Assembly: GCA_964016885.1 (NCBI GenBank)
Contig: OZ024740.1
Span: 353,648,001 to 353,712,000 of the forward strand
From: Eledone cirrhosa
Lineage: Eukaryota
Length of the DNA: 64,000 bases
Direction of reading: 5' to 3'
This document shows, piece by piece, positions 57,662-64,000 of this stretch. Under the pieces are notes generated by a model that was given only the letters and a program-made list of their open reading frames with translations, did no database searches and was not told the origin of the DNA. Position 1 is the stretch's first letter. Each line of letters begins with the position of its first letter. The position numbers were made by a program, and so were the translations under genes.

Positions 57662-59490
57662 TGCAGTAATGGTGGTCTTGTACAAGGGAAAGGGTAACAG
57701 GAACGATTGTGGGAACTACAGAGGTATATCATTGCTTTCTGTCGTAGGGAAAGTTTTATGTAGGGTGCTTCTGGACCGTCTGCTGACACACATTGCAGAT
57801 TGTGTTCTCCCTGAAAGTCAATCTGGTTTTCGTGCTGGACGTGGCACTACTGATATGATCTTCTCAGCTAGACAACTCCAGGAGAAGTGCATGGAACAAG
57901 GCTTGGATCTGTATCAGGTTTTTGTCGATCTGACAAAAGCTTTCGATACTGTTAACAGAGATGCATTATGGAAGGTTCTCCAGAAACTTGGTTGCCCTGA
58001 TAAGTTCCCTGCTTTAGTTAGGTCTTTCCATGACGACATGAAGGATTGGGTTAATGTCGGGGGTAACATGTCGGAGCCTATCTCAGTAAAAAATGGAGTG
58101 AAACAGGGGGATATTCCAGCACCGACCCTGTTTGCCATATACTTTGCAATGGTTTTCTGTATTGCATTCAGGAATTGCGAGCATGGTGTTTACATCCGAT
58201 ATCGAATCTCAGGCAGCATATTTAACACCAGGCGCTTTGCTGCGAAGACAAAAGTATTTACATCAATCATAAGAGACCTCTTGTATGCAGATGATTGCGA
58301 TCTTGTAGCGCACACAGAGAGAGATATGCAGCACATTTTGAATGCATTTTCTGACGCTTGTACTGCCCTAGGTCAGACTGTCAGTCTCAAGAAAACCGTC
58401 GTCATGTACCAACCTGCCCCTGGTAAGCAGTACACTGAACCAAACATCTATGTGTATGGCAAACGACTTGGAGTGGTTGATCAGTTTGTCTACCTGGGAA
58501 GCACTGTCAATCGATACAGCAACCTTGACAGTGAAATCTCACTTAGGATTAGGAAAGCAAGTGATGCTTTCGGAAAGCTAGAAAGGCGACTCTGGGGTCG
58601 GCGAGACATATGCAGCAGGACAAAGGTAAAGGTGTACAGGGCATGTGTGCTCTCTTGTCTTCTTTATGCCTGCGAGAACTGGGTCACATATCGACACCAC
58701 CTTAAGCAATTGGAGCGTTTCCATCAGATGTGTCTCAGACGGATCCATGGCGTTCACTGGAGGGACCACATCAGTGATGTCGAGATTTTGGAAAGCTCTA
58801 TGTGTGACAGTATAGAAGCTCTTGTGCTTAAGCAACGACTCCGTTGGAGTGGTCACCTTGCCAGGATGAAGGATTCTAGAATACCAAAACAATTCTTTTA
58901 TGGAGAGTTGGTTAAAGGAAAACGACCGCCACATAAACCAAAAAAGAGGTATAAGGATTCCTTGAAAGCCTCTCTGAAAGACGCTAACATCTCTGCTGAT
59001 ACATGGGAGAATGTTGCTGCTGATCGTAATAAATGGAGAAAGACTGTATATGAGGGAAAAGTTGCCTTTGAGGCATCTCGAATCGCATACGAGAAAGTAA
59101 AGCGGGATGTGAGGAAGGGCATTGCTGTTGCACTTCCAGACGGTGAGGGTCCTCCTATGGTGCTGACATGCAGCGTCTGTGCGAGACTCTACCTAAGCAA
59201 AGCTGGACTCGAAAGTCATCTTCGCAGTCATAAAGTAAGACCAGTGGTTGACTACCAGGCTGCTGTTGGACATGCTGCTCATCATGCTTGCCAAACATGT
59301 GGTAGAGAATGTAAATCAGCAGGAGGGCTCAAGCGACATGCAAAAGTACACGAACTCCAACCACAGCCGACTATTCCCAGTGAATGTTTTGGTTGCCGAC
59401 TCTGTGCAAGACATTTTAGATCATTGGCTGGGCTAAAAAGCCACATTCGATCGCAGCGCTGTTAGTTGCTATCGTGTGTGTGTGTGTAGA
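57662..59490 (+). mobile_element. RTE-clade LINE, 5'-truncated, intact RT ORF with three C-terminal C2H2-type zinc fingers
   Basis: KGKGNRNDCGNYRGISLLS, LPESQSGFR, FVDLTKAFD, GVKQGD, LYADD, RLRWSGHLARM..RIPKQ; then CSVC..HLRSH, CQTC..HAKVH, CRLC..HIRS. The ORF-track N-terminus (MYVCMY...) is flanking (TATG)n; (TG)n tail. Confidence 0.92.
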
Positions 59491-59654
59491 TATGTTTATG
59501 TGTGTGCGTGTGTGTATATATATATGTATATGTATATCATTATTGTTGTTGTCGTTATTATTATTGTTGTTATTGTTATTATTATTATTATTGTTATTAA
59601 TGTATGTGTGTGTATATGTGTGTGAGTGTGTGTGTGTGTGTATATGTGTATGTT

Positions 59655-59693
<39 letters not shown>

Positions 59694-59755
59694 TTATTTT
59701 TTTTATTTTTATTTTTTTTTATTTTCATTTATTTATTATTATTATTATTATTATT

Positions 59756-62700
59756 TGCATTTATCTTGCTTTATGTTTATACGAGTTATCACCAAGTCAC
59801 AACCAGTGACCTCAAGAGACAACAAGGTCCGCCATGTTCAAGAAAGAACATACATATTCACACATGCATCCTTAGTGTTTAGACTTGTGATGTACTTATA
59901 TTGACAGGATCTTCCTTAGTATATGGGCAGTTCCCATTAGTACTATCTTTTGTATTTCTCCTATACGCGGGTTTCCTGGGATTTGCGATAAGTAGTCGTT
60001 AGACCCCTTAGGTATCATTCCCAGAGCGCCTACAACCACTGGTATTGTTTTAGTTCTCAATTTCCACATTTTTCCAATTTCTATCTCCAGGTCCTTATAC
60101 TTGCTCAATTTTTCAAATGTTTTTATAGATACATTCTTGTCTATTGGAATAGACATATCAATTAGCAGGCATACCCTCCTTTGAAAGTCCTTCAATATTA
60201 TATCAGGTCTATTTGCATCTATTTTTCGGTCTGTTTGGATGCTAAAGTTCCACAAGATTGAGATGTGATCTTTTTCAAGTATGGGAGGTGGTTGATGCTC
60301 CCACCAATTCTTTTGATGGGGCAGGTCAAAATGCTTACACATTATCCAATGTATGTATTGTGCAGCTCTGTCATGCCTGTTTAGGTATTCGGTTGGAGCT
60401 ATAGGACTGCACATTGAAATTATATGGTCAATGGTCTCTGGTTGTTTTTTGCATACACGGCTGCACCCATTTCTTATTATGTTGGCTTGGTAATTTTTTG
60501 TTGGCAGACACTGATCTTGTGCGGATATAATCAGTCCTTCAGTCTCCGATTTCAGTCCAGAGGATGCCAACCACTGATGGGTTAAAGTTTTGTCAACATC
60601 AGGATTGTTAGCTCGCTCTGGGTATTTTCCATACAGAGGCTTTTCTTGCCATTTCTTAGCCAGTTTCTGTAGCAGTTCTTTCTTTGCAGTTACTTTTACC
60701 TGCTTTGCTTTTTCTGTGTTTTCCATTTCAGCAGTAAATGGGACTTCTGAAATTTGTAGTCCATTACTGTATCTTTGTGCATCTTTTGTAATGGAATATG
60801 ATCTTTTGGTGCTTTCGTGTTTCAAAACGAGTTTGATCATCCAATCATGTGATTCCCTTAGATATGTGGATAATCCAATTGTTGCAGTTTTCAACGCAAT
60901 GTCTAACTGGATTAACCCACGTCCTCCTTCTTTCCTAGGGAGATATATTCTATCTATGTCTGCCTTAGGGTGATGCATTCTGTGCATGGTTAAGAATTTT
61001 CGGATTTTTGTATCGAGCCTACGGATCTCTGTGCTTGACCAGTTGATGACATTGTAACTGTAGGTTACTACTGGTATGGCAAGCGTGTTTATGGCATCGA
61101 TCCTATTCCTTGCATTCAATTCCGTTCTTAAGATTGCTCTGACTCTGCCGTAACATTCCTTCCTTATCCTTTCCCTCATTGTCGAGTGCTTGATTCCGTC
61201 TCCTTCACAAACACCTAGATATTTGTAAGTTTGTTCTTGATCAAGCTCTCTTATCACGTTCCCCCGATCATGATTAATGTCTGAACTCTTCAGCAGCTTT
61301 CCTCTGGTGAACGTTGCTTTGGCGCATTTATCCAGTCCAAACTCCATTTTAATGTCATCACTGAACTGCTTCACAGTGGATAATAGCCCTTGCAATTGTT
61401 CATCATTTTTTGCAAATAGTTTCAGGTCATCCATGTAGAACAGGTGATTAATGGTTTTGTCATAGACTCTATATCCATGTTTTGTTTCATTGAGCATTTT
61501 ACTTAATGGTATAAGTGCGATGCAGAATAAAAGCGGTGATAAAGAGTCACCCTGAAAAATTCCACAATTAATGTTAACTTCTCCAGCTTCCAGTGATTTT
61601 GTTTCAAAAGGAGTGTCGTTCTCCATGTCCTCATACTGAATGACAAAAACCTCCTGACAACGGGGGATATTTTGAAAATCTCTAAACATTTTTCAATCCA
61701 ACTGTGGCAAACTATCAAATGCTTTTTTATAATCTATCCAAGCAATCGATAGATTTTTGTGTCTATTATGACAATCTTCCAGTATCATTTTGTTAACCAG
61801 AAGCTGATCCTTACAGCTATATGAGCCTCGTTTACACCCTTTCTGCTCAATGGGAAATAGGTCATTTGTTATCAGGTGGTCATATGTGTATTCAGTTAGG
61901 ACTGATGTTAAAATTTTATACATTGTGGTCAAGCAAGTTATCGGTCTGTAATTTTTGGGATTGTTTGTCTCATCATTCTTCGGTAGCAGGAATGTAATGC
62001 CGTTAACTAGCCATGATGGTATCTTTTCTGGCTCCTTAACTATTTCATTGTAAAGTTGGGCTAACAGCTCATGAGACTCTGTGAAGGCATTTATCCAAAA
62101 GTTTTGTATTTTGTCTTTTCCTGGGGATTTCCATTTGCTGGTTTTTCTTAGAGCCAAGCGCAGCTGTTCAACTGTTATATTTTCCCATGTTTGTTCTTCA
62201 AGGTGAGCTGTTTCTTTCATTTGTCTGTCTATCCATGGGGCATGTATGTTATGAACTTTTTCTTCGGCCCAGATCTTTTCCCAGAATTCTTGCACTTCCT
62301 CCTTGGGTGGTATTGATTTAGCAGTTATTGTTGACTTACCAATTTTTCTGTAGAAGTTTCTTTGGTTATTTTTGAACATATTATTGTCCTTATAGAATCT
62401 AGATCGTTTTTCAAAGCGCCTTATACGAGCAGCTTTGGCCGACACTTTTTGCTTGATTGTTTCTATCAGCATGTCTATGTCACATGTTGATCTTATACTG
62501 TACTTTTTTTTCAATTTTCTAAGTTTAGTTTGTTTAACATGTTCACCTACTTTATAGTTTGTTAAAATTTCTATGTCAGATCGGAGAAGGTTTATTTGGC
62601 GATTGATGTTATCTTGCCAAGTAGATTTCTTGTGGGAATTCCTTTGTTTTTTCATCTTCACTCCACATAAGTGAGTGGTGACTTTAGCCGATGCATAATA

Positions 62701-63700
62701 GAGATGATTTAAGTCAGTAATGTTTAGTTTGTTTGTGATGATAATGTTTTTGAGAATTATGTTAGTCTTGTGTATTATCTTTTGGTTCTGTTTGGAGTTC
62801 TGGATCTTAGGGAGGGTGTCTCGTTGCCCCATGTCAGATTCTTTCATTTTCATCCATTCGATCATAATTTCATCCTTCAAGTTGGCAAGTTCATTCTCAT
62901 TCATTTCTTTATCATTTACGATCTCATTATTTTCATTTGGAGTTTCATCCTGAGCATGCACTCCCTCCACTTTTTCGCTCCTTTCTTTAATTTGTTCTGT
63001 TGCCAGTGATTCCGCTCCAACCCTGGGATTCGAAGTGTTACAGTTTACCTCGTTTTCACTGACACATGCTTCATTTTCCCTTCGCTGACTTTGTGCTACT
63101 AGCTTGATCTGATCAATTTCTATATCAGTTAGTAACTTTTTTCTTACAATATTTCTTCGTATATTGGCTAGTTTGTTACTGTCAATATAGCCTCTGTTTT
63201 CGGGATGTTTCTTTTTCCAGTTGATATATGTTTGTTCTGTATTCGATGTATTTGATGGGTAGTACATGGCAGTGTAGAAAGCCTCAAGGACTTCTTTATT
63301 ATCTTCCCTTGACCATTTTTCTCTCTTTTTCTTTGGATTTCTTGGTGGTGAGCATGGAGGGCCAACAGTAGGAGTATTCCGGTTATGGGAGGTCTCCAGC
63401 TCCGAAGTGATGGGAAGGTTTGAACCATTAGCTGATTTTTCGACCCCAGTCTGGTTCCTCTCTGAGGGACGCGGCCCTTTTTTACCCGGGTGACGGCCGA
63501 TCCGGTATGAGATTTTATCATTAGACATTTACTTTATTTTGTCGCGTTTTATCCTTATCCGCCAAGGGGTAATCATTTCGTGTTACCACTTCTAGAACGA
63601 GTGTCAACCAAGACTAGAGGGGTCGTTCTCCCCTAGAGACATGGCTATTCCCCGCCGGCCGCCATCCCGGTATTTCTTGGTCACGGGGTTTTCTTTTTGT
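59756..63700 (-). mobile_element. R4/Dong-clade non-LTR retrotransposon (RT + CCHC + restriction-like endonuclease), near full length, two frameshifts near 61600-61706
   Basis: WKSPGKDKIQNFW, NYRPITCL, WIDYKKAFDS, GIFQGDSLSPLLF, YMDDLK, CSRVC..ETIDHIISMC, RHD, RPDI...IDMSIP...KLSKY. The 3' end runs into (TAA)n, the known Dong target/tail. Confidence 0.9.
63594..63682 (-). ncRNA. Candidate minimal HDV-like self-cleaving ribozyme in the retrotransposon 5' UTR
   Basis: GACCAAG...AGAACG-AC-CCCUCUA-GU-CUUGGUU-GACACU-CGUUCU: P1 with G.U first pair, P2, P3 with a 7-nt pyrimidine-rich L3 in HDV-like order; P4 absent. Confidence 0.5.
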
Positions 63701-64000
63701 TGTTTTTTTTTAAATTGTTATTATCATGAGTGGTTCCTTAATGTGAGCATTGCGTGGCTTAAGAATGAAATTATTAATAATAGTCTCCACTCCAGGCACA
63801 AGGCCAGCAATCACCCAGTGCATTACAATAATATAATATACTTTTTGTTGTAGTTGGCTGTTATTGCTGCTGGCTATGTCGGTGGTGGTGCCGGGGCTTT
63901 TTATATTGTTGGTGAGGAAGGGGTGAGCCAGCAGTTCCATAATTGTTGATGTAGACGTTTGGCCGTGCAAGGTCACCAAGTCAATCTATTTATATCTTTT

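Overview
Eukaryotic, AT-rich, repeat-dense genomic DNA. The long (TA)n/(TACA)n tracts and the tRNA-derived SINE families fit a coleoid cephalopod, probably Octopus (inferred from composition and repeats, not from a search). The one host gene is a minus-strand DUR3-like urea/solute symporter (sodium:solute symporter family). Six phase-compatible exons were reconstructed by hand (48709-48466, 41687-41571, 15152-14805, 4780-4492, 1876-1711, 453-<1), and they encode an unusual Cys-rich loop insertion. Introns and the upstream region hold non-LTR retrotransposons: L1-Tx1, CR1-like, RTE with three C2H2 fingers, a near full-length R4/Dong with RLE endonuclease, and CRE-like fragments. They also hold SINEs, MITEs, a CCNN-based satellite and many foldback palindromes. 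Most notable non-obvious signals: (i) minimal type-I hammerhead ribozyme motifs in non-coding modules lodged in or beside (TA)n tracts, including a 1.7-kb unit bounded by inverted hammerhead-bearing repeats (Penelope pLTR/retrozyme-like); (ii) a candidate P4-less HDV-like ribozyme at the 5' end of the R4/Dong element; (iii) stacked sense-oriented retroposons whose (ATT)n tail forms the DUR3 3' splice-site region. Nearly all long YI/IY-rich ORFs in the track are microsatellite artefacts.
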